From an uncultured Desulfobacteraceae bacterium (GTDB lineage Bacteria; Desulfobacterota; DSM-4660; Desulfatiglandales; Desulfatiglandaceae), in NCBI GenBank assembly GCA_964548365.1, contig CAZJRD010000011.1, positions 4,425-68,424 of the forward strand: 64,000 nucleotides of DNA, written 5' to 3'. Numbering within the stretch: the first letter of the stretch is position 1; each line of letters opens with the position of its first letter. The translations under genes and the position numbers were made by a program. Below the pieces are notes generated by a model that was given only the letters and a program-made list of their open reading frames with translations, searched no databases and was not told where the DNA came from. This document shows, one piece after another, positions 26,024 through 35,729 of the stretch.

Positions 26024-26725
26024 TTAGAATCGGGGAAGGTCTTGTTGCGGGACGACCAGCGGCGCCTCCGTCTTTCGAATCACTTCATCCAGATCCACAC
26101 CCTCGGCGATTTCCCGCAGCACCAACCCCTCCGGCGTCACGTCGATCACGGCAAGTTCGGTGATGATGGTGTCTACGCACCCTTTGGCAGTGAGTGGCAA
26201 TGTACATTCCCTGAGTATTTTCGGGCGTCCATTTCGATCGGTGTGGGTTGAGGTGACAATCAGCCTCCTGGATTTTTGGGCCAGTTCCATGCCCCCTCCA
26301 ATACCGGGAGAAAATTTCCCTGGAATGATCCAGTTGGCCAAATCACCGCTTTCGGACACCTCCAGGGTACCCAGAAAGGCCAGATCCAGACGCCCACCCC
26401 GGACGAGTGCGAATGACAACGCACTGTCGAAAAAAGAGGCCTCTTTCATCAATGAAACATAGTTCCCCCCGGCGTCGATGAGGTTGCGGTCCTCTGTTCC
26501 GGGCCGGCACCTCGGACCCATGCCTAGGATCCCGTTCTCCGAGTGGATAAAAACGGGTTTGTCGTCGGGGAGGTACTTGGGGATGAGGGTCGGGATACCG
26601 ATCCCCAGGTTTATGACCTGTCCCGCCGCTATTTCCTCTGCCGCACGCTGTGCGATCTTCTCTTTATAGGGCGTGATGTTCCAGTACCCCGTATTCGGAT
26701 GTGATCTCTTCCATGACCACCACAT
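26024..26725 (-). CDS. 3-oxoacid CoA-transferase subunit B
   Basis: INLGIGIP and SENG (IHSENGILG) motifs. Homology starts near 26677, but the nearest canonical start is ATG 26725, which overlaps subunit A by 62 nt. The start is therefore uncertain. Confidence 0.85.
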   Translation of the reverse strand: MWWSWKRSHPNTGYWNITPYKEKIAQRAAEEIAAGQVINLGIGIPTLIPKYLPDDKPVFIHSENGILGMGPRCRPGTEDRNLIDAGGNYVSLMKEASFFDSALSFALVRGGRLDLAFLGTLEVSESGDLANWIIPGKFSPGIGGGMELAQKSRRLIVTSTHTDRNGRPKILRECTLPLTAKGCVDTIITELAVIDVTPEGLVLREIAEGVDLDEVIRKTEAPLVVPQQDLPRF

Positions 26726-27359
26726 GGTCCACGAAGGCGCCGGGCGTGTGCACATGCTCGGGGTCCAGGTCACCCGTGTCCACGATCGCTTCAACTTCCG
26801 CGATCACAGTGTCTGCCGCAGTAGCCATGAGAGGATTGAAATTCCGCGCGCTCTTCTGATAGACCAGGTTCCCAAAATCGTCTGCCATGAAGGCATGGAT
26901 GAAGGCCACATCCGCTCTCAAGGCCGGTTCAACAAGGGCCCGTTGTCCCTCGATCTCAATACACTGTTTCTCATTTTCAAGAATCGTGTCCAGGCCGATA
27001 TCCGTCAGGATACCCATCAGGCCCGCCCCGCCGGCCCTGATTTTCTCGGCCAGGATACCCTGGGGGTAAAACTCCACATCGATTTCATTGCGGTTCATCA
27101 TGCCGATGACCGTCGCGTTCAGGCCCAGGTGTGAGCAGATCAGCTTTCGTGCCCGTCCCGCCTCAATGAGCCTGGAAAGTCCCATCCCGTCTTCATTGGC
27201 CTCATTTTTAATCAAGGTCAACCCCCGCGTTCCCTTTCCCAGGAGTCCGTTGATGAGGGTAAAGGGCGTACCCGGGACACCAAATCCGCCGACCATAACG
27301 CGATCGCCGTCGCGGACACGTTCGAGTGCCTTTTCAATAGATGTACGCTTATCAATCAC
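26664..27359 (-). CDS. 3-oxoacid CoA-transferase subunit A
   Basis: 231 aa. VMVGGFGVPGTP motif. GTG start. Confidence 0.88.
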   Translation of the reverse strand: MIDKRTSIEKALERVRDGDRVMVGGFGVPGTPFTLINGLLGKGTRGLTLIKNEANEDGMGLSRLIEAGRARKLICSHLGLNATVIGMMNRNEIDVEFYPQGILAEKIRAGGAGLMGILTDIGLDTILENEKQCIEIEGQRALVEPALRADVAFIHAFMADDFGNLVYQKSARNFNPLMATAADTVIAEVEAIVDTGDLDPEHVHTPGAFVDHVVVMEEITSEYGVLEHHAL

Positions 27360-27444
27360 TCTTCCCTCGCCAACGCTGTTCGTCCATGGATTTCCGGAGA
27401 TTCACCGCCCGCTTCGCTCAAGACGCAAAGACCGCAAAGTTTTT

Positions 27445-28776
27445 TCACAGCTTGTTCATGGTTCGCTTCAATGCCCGATCCAGACGATCAAGGATCTCGC
27501 CCACCTGATCCTTCTTCACGATTAATGGCGGTGCAACCAGGACGTGATCTCCTGACAGCCCATTGATGGGCCTGCGCGGATAGATAATGAGACCCTCTTC
27601 ATAGGCCATATCCGTGAGGAGCAAATTCACTTCCTTTTCAATGGGAAACGGCTCTCGGGTATCTCGATCCTTTACCAGTTCCACCGCGAGGAGGAGCCCT
27701 TTTCCCCTGACCTGGCCGATCATCTCGTAGCGTTCTGCAAAATCCTTCAGCCCGGCCTTGAGAAGCCGTCCCATCTCAGCGGCATTTTCCGAGAGGTGTT
27801 CCTTCGTGATGACTCTAAACACCTCGAGACCTACCGCGCAAGCCATGGGATTTCCCGCATAGGTATGACCGTGGGCAAAGCCCCCTTTACTTACCACTTC
27901 ATCCACTGTATCGTCGCGCACCATGATCGCTCCCAACGGGTAGTAGCCGGAGGCCATCCCCTTGGACAGCGCCACGATATCCGCCTCGATATCCCAATGT
28001 TCATAGGCAAAGAGCTTCCCGGTCCTGCCGAATCCGGTCATCACCTCATCAAGGATCAAGAATATGCCGTACTTCCTGCACGTTTTCTGGATAACCGAAA
28101 AATAATCCTCTGGAGGAACCAACGCGCCGATGCTGGCGCCGACTATGGGTTCAACCACGAAGGCGGCAACGTTCTCCGGTCCCTGTTCCAGGATGGTCGT
28201 TTCGAGGGCCCTCGCGCATTCCAGGTCACAGTGCGGATATTCCTTGTGAAACGCGCAACGGTAGCAATAGGGGGCCGGGATCTTCGGGTAGGTCCGTATC
28301 ATGGGCCTGAAAGGGATTTCGAGCGGGGCATAGGAAGTAAGCGCCAGGGCTCCCAGGGTGCTGCCATGGTAAGAGGGAACACGGCTGATGAACAGATAAC
28401 GGGAGCCTTCCCCCCTGTTGTAGAAATACTGACGGCAGAGTTTCATGGCCGATTCCACGGCCTCGGAACCACCGGACACATAAAAGACCCTATTTAGATG
28501 CGGGGCTGAATATTCGACCAACTCCGTGGCAAGGCGGACCGCAGGCTCATTCTCAAACTGGGTGCGATAGGCAAAGAAGGTTTCATGGGCCTGCTCAGCA
28601 ATCGCGTTCGCGATTTTCGGATTGCCATATCCGATGTTGCAGATTACGGCACCGGAACATGCATCAATATATTCCTTCCCCGTATGATCCCACATATATA
28701 TGCCCTCCGCCTTCTTTATGAAGGGCAATTTCTTTCGTGTTTGATAGAAGAGGTACTCCCTGTTCAAATCTTCCAA
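27445..28776 (-). CDS. Class III (omega) aminotransferase
   Basis: 443 aa. SGGSEAVE, DEVMTGFGRTG, PLP-lysine context ALSKGM. TTG start with a G-rich SD. Confidence 0.88.
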   Translation of the reverse strand: MEDLNREYLFYQTRKKLPFIKKAEGIYMWDHTGKEYIDACSGAVICNIGYGNPKIANAIAEQAHETFFAYRTQFENEPAVRLATELVEYSAPHLNRVFYVSGGSEAVESAMKLCRQYFYNRGEGSRYLFISRVPSYHGSTLGALALTSYAPLEIPFRPMIRTYPKIPAPYCYRCAFHKEYPHCDLECARALETTILEQGPENVAAFVVEPIVGASIGALVPPEDYFSVIQKTCRKYGIFLILDEVMTGFGRTGKLFAYEHWDIEADIVALSKGMASGYYPLGAIMVRDDTVDEVVSKGGFAHGHTYAGNPMACAVGLEVFRVITKEHLSENAAEMGRLLKAGLKDFAERYEMIGQVRGKGLLLAVELVKDRDTREPFPIEKEVNLLLTDMAYEEGLIIYPRRPINGLSGDHVLVAPPLIVKKDQVGEILDRLDRALKRTMNKL

Positions 28777-28838
28777 TGATTTTCCCTTTCCCGAGATAAT
28801 TGATTGTTGCTCAACGGAAGCCGCATCCGTCTGCCGGC

Positions 28839-30479
28839 CTATGATCGTTGAAAGACAATTCTCCCGTCAAAGATCGTTACATCCACCTTCGTCTCAATGA
28901 TTTTCATAGGGTCAATGGCGTAAATATTTCTGTCCAGGACAACCATGTCAGCATATTTGCCCGGCGTAATGCTTCCCATTCTATCATCTACCCCGTAACA
29001 CATGGCGGGTACAATGGTATACCCTCTCACTGCTTCCTCAACGCTGATCCTCTGGGAGGGATACCACCCTCCGCTCGGCGTGCCGTCTCTCCTCTGCCGG
29101 GTCACTGCAGCGTGAATACCTGCAAGGGGACTCGGATCACAGACCGGTGCATCGGAACTGAAAACAACACTTATGCCGGAATCAAGTAAATCACGGTAGG
29201 GATACGTCCACTTTCCCCGTGCTCCCACCGACTCGTCGATCATGGCTATATCCAGAACCAGGTTATGGGGCTGTACACAGGCCACGATATCCAATGCAGC
29301 CAGGCGGGCCAGGTCCTCGGGCCGTATCATCTGGACATGTTCTATTCGATGTGAGACTGTTGGACCGGGAGCAGCCGCTCCACCTGCACCTTTGCGTTGC
29401 TTTCTTAGACCTTCGAAGACTGTTATGAGCTCCCGGTTTGCCCGCTCTCCAATGGAATGGATGGCAACGGCAAGTCCAGCCCGGTCCGCCTGTTGAAGGC
29501 ATCTCTCCAATTGATCCATCGGGGTCAAAGGCATGCCACAGTCGGCATCCAGATACGGTTCCAGCATCCATGCGGTGCGGGCACCCATGCCTCCGTCCGC
29601 GAAGTACTTGACGTGCCCGATCCGCAGGTAGTCGTCGCCGAAACCTGTTCTGAGTCCCAGGGAAACCGCCTCCTCAAGACGCTCCCCCGGAATGCTCACC
29701 CAACACCGCAATTCCAGCGCGTCAGCACTCCTCAGGCGCTGCCAGGTATTGAAAGCAGGTGCGCCTTCCTCTCCCCCCATTAACCGGATGTCTTCCAGTC
29801 CGGTAAGTCCCAGAGAATGGAACGTATGGATACCGTCCTGCATGGCCGCATATATCTCGCCATCGTCCGGAGGAGGGATGACGGCCCTGACCAGGTTCGA
29901 GGCAAATTCCCGGAGAATACCATTGGGCCTCGCCGAGGCGTCCCGGGCAATAACCCCATCAGGAGGATCCGGGGTGTCGTCGGTAATGTGGGTCAGTTCA
30001 AGTGCAAGGGAGTTGACGGACGCCAGATGCAGATCACAGCGCCAAAGGGCCACAGGATTCGCTGGAGCGGCCCTGTCCAGGTCGCCCCGCATGGGCATTC
30101 GATGCTCCGCCCAGTCGGCCTCGTTCCATCCCTGCCCCAGAATCCACTTCCCGGGTTCCGCGGTTTCCGCGGCCGCGGAAACACGATCGAGGAGTTCGCG
30201 CAATGACCGGACGTCGGCCAACATCAATTGCCGTCTCCCCAGTGCCCACGTATAGTAATGAAAATGAGAGTCCATCATCCCTGGCAGGCAAAGCCTTCCA
30301 CCAAGGTCGATTACCTCGGAATCCGGACCGGCCAGCGATTGTATCTCTTCGTCATTGCCCGTTGCCAATACGCGCCCGCCACCGATAGCCACTGCTTGGA
30401 CCAAGGGCTTTCTTGTGTCCTGGGTTCGTATGGTGCCGTTTATCAGGATCGTTTCGGGAGCGCAAGCATCCTGCTTCAT
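28839..30479 (-). CDS. Amidohydrolase-3 family (YtcJ-like) metal-dependent hydrolase
   Basis: 546 aa. MMDSHFH metal motif near the N-terminus and a C-terminal GSITPGKYADMVVLD motif. ATGA overlap with the upstream gene. Confidence 0.8.
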   Translation of the reverse strand: MKQDACAPETILINGTIRTQDTRKPLVQAVAIGGGRVLATGNDEEIQSLAGPDSEVIDLGGRLCLPGMMDSHFHYYTWALGRRQLMLADVRSLRELLDRVSAAAETAEPGKWILGQGWNEADWAEHRMPMRGDLDRAAPANPVALWRCDLHLASVNSLALELTHITDDTPDPPDGVIARDASARPNGILREFASNLVRAVIPPPDDGEIYAAMQDGIHTFHSLGLTGLEDIRLMGGEEGAPAFNTWQRLRSADALELRCWVSIPGERLEEAVSLGLRTGFGDDYLRIGHVKYFADGGMGARTAWMLEPYLDADCGMPLTPMDQLERCLQQADRAGLAVAIHSIGERANRELITVFEGLRKQRKGAGGAAAPGPTVSHRIEHVQMIRPEDLARLAALDIVACVQPHNLVLDIAMIDESVGARGKWTYPYRDLLDSGISVVFSSDAPVCDPSPLAGIHAAVTRQRRDGTPSGGWYPSQRISVEEAVRGYTIVPAMCYGVDDRMGSITPGKYADMVVLDRNIYAIDPMKIIETKVDVTIFDGRIVFQRS

Positions 30480-31513
30480 AGCAGGAACCCCCCGGGAAAA
30501 GGATCTCTGGGATCAAGCACGAATTCGTGAAAGCCGGTAATATAGGCACTGCCTCGGATCTCCGCAACCACTCCGGGAAGGCCGCCGATTTCTGTTTCCT
30601 CCACGACCCTTCCTTCAAAAATGCTCCCGAGGGGACCGGTATTGATAAACGTCTGATTGATGTCCAGCAAACCCTGCCGATGGAGAAGCGTCATTTTGGC
30701 TGCGGTACCGGTGCCGCATGGAGAACGATCCATGTGCGCCTCGCCGTAAACCACCGCGTTTTTCCCGCGTCTCCGGAAATGATTCGAGGAATCATAGAAT
30801 TCCACCACATCCACGGTGTTCACCTCAGACCGGGTTGGGTGACGGACCTCCAACTGCTGATTCGCCGCTTCGATTACCGTCATGCCCAAGTGAATCAATT
30901 CAGGGCTGTTCTCCGGAACCAGGTCCATGCCGATTTGATCAGCGGAGACCATTACAAAGAACCCTCCGACGCATACCGTATCCACAATGAACTCACCCAG
31001 ATCGGGAACTTCCAACGCCTTGTTTTCCTCATAAACAAAGGAAGGCACCATTTTGATACCCACCGATTCAACCAGGCCGTCCTTGATCCTTGCAGAGGTT
31101 TGCATGGGACCGGACGGGGTATCCACAAGCACCGTGGCTTCTGATTCTCCGCATTCAAGCGCGCCTGTCTCGAGAAGGGTGGACACGGCACCGATGGTGG
31201 CATGGCCGCACAGAAAGGGATATCGCCGGGCATCCATGTATACCAACCCGAAATCGGCTTTTTCAGTGACCGGTTCGGTCACTATTGCTGCGAATATGCC
31301 CCTGTGGCCACGCGGTTCCCGGGTCAACCGCACCCGCACGTGATCCAGGTTTTCCATGATGTAACGACGTTTGGCCTTCATGGTTTCACCCGGAATGGGA
31401 CCTGTTCCGCCCACGATGAGCCGTGTCGATTCTCCGGCCGTGTGTGAATCCAACGAGACAATCCGGGACGGGAACAGGTCCGGGATGGCCCGGGCGATCC
31501 GGGTAAGGTTCAT
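30476..31513 (-). CDS. Proline racemase / 4-hydroxyproline epimerase family enzyme (Cys-Cys type)
   Basis: 345 aa. DSHTAGESTR, catalytic contexts LCGHATIG and SPCGTGTAA. Confidence 0.85.
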   Translation of the reverse strand: MNLTRIARAIPDLFPSRIVSLDSHTAGESTRLIVGGTGPIPGETMKAKRRYIMENLDHVRVRLTREPRGHRGIFAAIVTEPVTEKADFGLVYMDARRYPFLCGHATIGAVSTLLETGALECGESEATVLVDTPSGPMQTSARIKDGLVESVGIKMVPSFVYEENKALEVPDLGEFIVDTVCVGGFFVMVSADQIGMDLVPENSPELIHLGMTVIEAANQQLEVRHPTRSEVNTVDVVEFYDSSNHFRRRGKNAVVYGEAHMDRSPCGTGTAAKMTLLHRQGLLDINQTFINTGPLGSIFEGRVVEETEIGGLPGVVAEIRGSAYITGFHEFVLDPRDPFPGGFLL

Positions 31514-31527
31514 TTCATCTCTCCACT

Positions 31528-32634
31528 TTATCTATCCTGTCGCGGCAATAATCCGCACTGTTGCGGAGGCACCTGTAAACGAACGTCCTGTCCCCGGCGA
31601 AGCGGTCGGGATTTACTGGTGTCTATCACATTAATCACAACCTTGTTCCCTATTTCAACAAAGTAGCTCACCTCACCGCCCATGTAACTTCGCTCCGCGA
31701 TCTTTCCATGAAAAGAGTTGATATCTCCCCCTGCCTTTTTTCCCTCCTCAGGGGCGATTTCGAATTTCTGTGCACGTACCACAAGCTCAATCCGATCCCC
31801 GACGTTCCAGGCCCCGGGTTGCTGGACCAGCACTTCATTTCCGTCATCAAGTTTGACCTTGACCTGATCACCCTTGGATTCGATAACCGTTCCGTCAAAA
31901 AAGTTCGAATGCCCCAGAAAGTCGGCAACGAAGTGGTTGGCCGGATAGTTATAGACCACTTCAGGATTCCCCTCCTGCTGCATGATGCCGTCCTTCAGCA
32001 CCACTATTTTATCCGACATGGAAAGGGCTTCACGCTGGTCATGGGTGACGAATATGGTTGTTATGCCGATGATATGCTGGAGGTTATCTATCTCCCGCCT
32101 CATCTCCTCCCGAAGGTTCTCATCAAGGGCGGAGAGCGGTTCATCCATCAGGAGAACGACAGGCTCCATAACAATAGCCCGAGCAAGGGCTATTCGTTGC
32201 TGCTGGCCGCCCGATAACTGTGAAGGCATCCGTTTTTCAACCCCGGGGAGGCGCACCATCTCCAGGGCCTGTTCCACCTTCTTCTTGATCTCCTCCTTCG
32301 GGACGCCCTTATATTTCAGTCCAAAACCAACATTGTCAAAAATGTTCTTGTGTGGAAACAGGGCATAGTTTTGAAAGATCATCCCAAGGTTTCGTTTGTG
32401 AATAGGGATGTCGTTGACCAGATTCCCCTCGATATAAATCTCCCCCTCTGTCGGCGTCTCCAAGCCGGCAATCATCCTCAGAAGGGTGGTCTTGCCGCAA
32501 CCGGAAGGACCCAGGAGGGTAACAAAGGAGCTCTCTTCTATCTCCAGGTTCATTCTTTCAACGGCAACCAGTTTGTCAAAGCATTTGACGACGCCTTTCA
32601 ACTCCACTGCCGGGGGGCGAGGATTTTTTTCCAC
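31528..32634 (-). CDS. ABC transporter ATP-binding protein (PotA-like)
   Basis: Walker A GPSGCGKTT, LSGGQQQR, LLMDEPLSALD, C-terminal TOBE-like tail. GTG start. Confidence 0.9.
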   Translation of the reverse strand: MEKNPRPPAVELKGVVKCFDKLVAVERMNLEIEESSFVTLLGPSGCGKTTLLRMIAGLETPTEGEIYIEGNLVNDIPIHKRNLGMIFQNYALFPHKNIFDNVGFGLKYKGVPKEEIKKKVEQALEMVRLPGVEKRMPSQLSGGQQQRIALARAIVMEPVVLLMDEPLSALDENLREEMRREIDNLQHIIGITTIFVTHDQREALSMSDKIVVLKDGIMQQEGNPEVVYNYPANHFVADFLGHSNFFDGTVIESKGDQVKVKLDDGNEVLVQQPGAWNVGDRIELVVRAQKFEIAPEEGKKAGGDINSFHGKIAERSYMGGEVSYFVEIGNKVVINVIDTSKSRPLRRGQDVRLQVPPQQCGLLPRQDR

Positions 32635-32752
32635 AGCTTGAAAGCCTCCTTAAAGTCATCAATCTTGTCTATTGCGGGCCAGGGGGATGCGCAACAACAT
32701 GCCTCATCCCCGAGGCCTTTCCCCTCAGATCCCGCAACAAACAATTAACTCA

Positions 32753-33913
32753 TTACGCTCCTGCCTTTACCTTGTCCCATTTCTCGGCCCATTCCTGCTG
32801 GTGACCGTTCCAATAGTCCGGATTGGCAAACAGGTAACCCTTCAGTTTTCCGGTCGGATCGAAAGCAGGCAGTTTCTTGACCGCTTCCGGCATCTGTACT
32901 TTCGTCGGATCGAGACTGGAAGGATACTTCTGTCCAACAGCGACGGCAATGGAGGCCTTTGGAGCAAGCATAAAGTCGAGCAGCTTTTGGGCCACTTCCA
33001 GATCAGTCCCCTTCAACACAAAAATACACTCCTGCCACGAGTAACAGTTGTAAGGAGAGAGAAAACCAATGGGATGTCCCTGGGTCTGGAGTGCCTCTAC
33101 TCTCCCCGACCAGGCTACTGTTGCGTAGATTTCCTCATTGGCCAGGAGACTCATGAGCTCAGCCCCCGATCCCCAGTACTTTTTAATCATCCCGCGCTGT
33201 TCCCGCAAGGCATCCCACACGGCTTTCATATCCTTTATTTCATTTGGATTTTGCCCCGTATACAGGGCTCCATACCAGATATTGGTGCGCCAGTCCCCCC
33301 AACTGCCGAGCTTGCCCTTGAGGTCCTTGTCCCAGAGGAGGGCTGCACCCGCTTTTTCCGCCTTTGCCTTGGAGATGTATTTGGTGTTATAGGCAATACC
33401 GGTCTGGCCATAGTCATATGGCACAGCGGAGAGTGTGCCGTTTGTAATCGCCCGGTAGGGCGTCATCATGGCCGCCATTACATTTTTTAGATTCGGGATC
33501 TTGCTTTCATCCAGAACCACACTGTAGCCCAGCTTCACATACCTGGCGTAATCAAAAACACCGCTCAGATGAGCGAGATTGAATTCACCACCCGGGGGAA
33601 AAGAGGCCTTGACTCTCGTCAGGTAGGTATCCATGTCTCCAAACTCGCCATCTATCACCTTAATGCCGGTTGCCTTCGTGAATGGGTCAAAGGCGTATTT
33701 GCGAAAGGCCTTGGAGACCACACCCCCCCAGCCGTCAAAGCGTATGGAACCGCCTGCCCACGCTTGCCGGGGAAGAAATCCGAATGGGCCCCCGACCAGG
33801 CCTATCGAAGCACCGGCTATTCCCAGGTACTTAAAAAAATCACGCCTGCTTATGTCTCCATTACTGTAGCGATCATAAACCCTGTCGAGTCGTTCTTTCC
33901 AAACCTTGGCCAT
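32753..33913 (-). CDS. Periplasmic substrate-binding protein (PotD/PotF-like family) with Tat-like signal
   Basis: 386 aa. RRDFFKYLGIAG twin-arginine-like signal. Family-1 SBP size and context. Confidence 0.8.
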   Translation of the reverse strand: MAKVWKERLDRVYDRYSNGDISRRDFFKYLGIAGASIGLVGGPFGFLPRQAWAGGSIRFDGWGGVVSKAFRKYAFDPFTKATGIKVIDGEFGDMDTYLTRVKASFPPGGEFNLAHLSGVFDYARYVKLGYSVVLDESKIPNLKNVMAAMMTPYRAITNGTLSAVPYDYGQTGIAYNTKYISKAKAEKAGAALLWDKDLKGKLGSWGDWRTNIWYGALYTGQNPNEIKDMKAVWDALREQRGMIKKYWGSGAELMSLLANEEIYATVAWSGRVEALQTQGHPIGFLSPYNCYSWQECIFVLKGTDLEVAQKLLDFMLAPKASIAVAVGQKYPSSLDPTKVQMPEAVKKLPAFDPTGKLKGYLFANPDYWNGHQQEWAEKWDKVKAGA

Positions 33914-34031
33914 GTTCCTACTCCTTTCTTTGATTAATAGTTATTAAAACAAGGACCCATCTCATGTGTCCCATCCCGGCCTTCTCTGTCCAGCGTTCCA
34001 ATCAAAACAGCTTCTCCACGTGCAATTTTCG

Positions 34032-34832
34032 TCACAGGTTACTTGTTGAAAACCTACGGATCACATAACCTGCCAAGAGTGGTATCGCGACCGTGAGGAT
34101 AACCATAATCGTTCCCAGTGCGTTTATTTCAGGACTGATAGAATTCCTGAGCATTCCGAATATCTTGACAGGAAGGGTTTGATTCTGAGCGGTAGCCCAA
34201 AACAACGTGGCCGTAATGTCGTCCAGAGATATGGTAAAAGAAAAAAGGACTCCTCCCAGTATGGCCGGTGCCAAGAGGGGAAAAGTGATCTCTCTGAACG
34301 TCTGGAATGCGTTGGCACCCAGGGACTGGGCCGCCTCCTCATACTCTTTTTTGATGCCCACCAACCGCGCCTGCACGATCAAGAGCACATAGGGCAACGT
34401 GAGGACAACGTGCCCTATCACAAGAAGCGCAAAAGACTTGGGTTGCTGAAGCCAACGGAGGAAGAGAAGCAGGGCCACACCGAGAATGACTTCCGGAATC
34501 ATAATCGGCGCCAGGAGAAGAGTGTTGATGGTGTTTTTGCCGGGAAAATCGAACCGAACAAACGCCATGGCCGCCAAGATACCTATGCCTGTAGAAATCA
34601 CAGAGGTAAAAGCCCCCAGGATCATGGAATTCTTAAATGCAGTTAAAATAGCATCGTCATGGGCCAGTTCCGCAAACCACTTCAGACTGACACCTGTCAT
34701 GGGAAAGCATCCGAATTGTTGGGGATTAAAAGACAAAACCATCACCACAACAATAGGGACAAACATGAAGATATACACCAATATGGTGTACAACCGAATG
34801 AGTGACCATCCTGTTACCTTCACCATACCCAA
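34032..34832 (-). CDS. ABC transporter permease (PotC-like)
   Basis: 266 aa, six hydrophobic segments, EAA-type loop (EEAAQSLGANAFQTFREITFP). Confidence 0.85.
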   Translation of the reverse strand: MGMVKVTGWSLIRLYTILVYIFMFVPIVVVMVLSFNPQQFGCFPMTGVSLKWFAELAHDDAILTAFKNSMILGAFTSVISTGIGILAAMAFVRFDFPGKNTINTLLLAPIMIPEVILGVALLLFLRWLQQPKSFALLVIGHVVLTLPYVLLIVQARLVGIKKEYEEAAQSLGANAFQTFREITFPLLAPAILGGVLFSFTISLDDITATLFWATAQNQTLPVKIFGMLRNSISPEINALGTIMVILTVAIPLLAGYVIRRFSTSNL

Positions 34833-34836
34833 TACC

Positions 34837-35697
34837 TCATTGCAGAGCTTTGAATATCTGGTTAATCCCCAGATAACGGTTATAGGTCCACACTATGATC
34901 AGCAGCAGCGTCAGCAGCACAACGCTGATAGCAGAACCGAAAGGCCAGTCCAGGGTACCGATAACGCGGGCGAAAATAAGGTTGGCGATCATCTGGTTCC
35001 CGGGGCCGCCCAGGATCATTGGCGGCAGATAGGTCCCTGCCGTCAATACAAAGACAAGCAGAGAGCCCGCACTGAGGCCTGGAAGGCTTAAAGGCAGAGT
35101 CACTTCCTTGAAGGCCTGCCATTCCGTACAGCCCATACTTCTGGCAGCTTCCAGCAGACTCTTGTCTATTCCCTCCAGGCTCACGTATATGTTCAGGATC
35201 ATAAAAGGGAGGAGATACTGGATAAGACCCATAAGGACCGATCCCTCGTTGTAGAGCATGCTCAATGGGCGGGAAAGCAAATGGATTTTCACCAGGAAAT
35301 GATTGATGAGGCCTGTATCACCCAGGATATTGATCCAGCTCATGGTCCTGATAATAAAGCTGACCCAGAAAGGGAGCATAATAAGAAGCAGGAGCAACGC
35401 CTTGTTTTTCGTTTTGCTCCGGTTAAAAAAATAGGCGGGGATATATCCCATGACAACACACAGCACCACCGTCTCCAAAGAGACCCGTATGGTGCGGACG
35501 AGAATCGAAGGATAAAAGGAATCAGCAAAAAACTTGGCATAGTTTCCAAACTGAAATGCCGGGATGTCGGCACCTGACGGAGCTCGCAGCCAGAAGCTAT
35601 AAACCACGATAAAGCAAACGGGGATCACGAGAAGCAACAAAACAGCGCTCATTGCCGGTGCAAGCAGTGCTATGGGTTTCCATATCTTATTCTGCAT
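34837..35697 (-). CDS. ABC transporter permease (PotB-like)
   Basis: 286 aa. EAA-type loop (LEAARSMGCTEWQAFKEVTLP). Confidence 0.85.
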   Translation of the reverse strand: MQNKIWKPIALLAPAMSAVLLLLVIPVCFIVVYSFWLRAPSGADIPAFQFGNYAKFFADSFYPSILVRTIRVSLETVVLCVVMGYIPAYFFNRSKTKNKALLLLLIMLPFWVSFIIRTMSWINILGDTGLINHFLVKIHLLSRPLSMLYNEGSVLMGLIQYLLPFMILNIYVSLEGIDKSLLEAARSMGCTEWQAFKEVTLPLSLPGLSAGSLLVFVLTAGTYLPPMILGGPGNQMIANLIFARVIGTLDWPFGSAISVVLLTLLLIIVWTYNRYLGINQIFKALQ

Positions 35698-35729
35698 CTC
35701 TCATAACCTTTGGAAATTCAAGCTCATCT

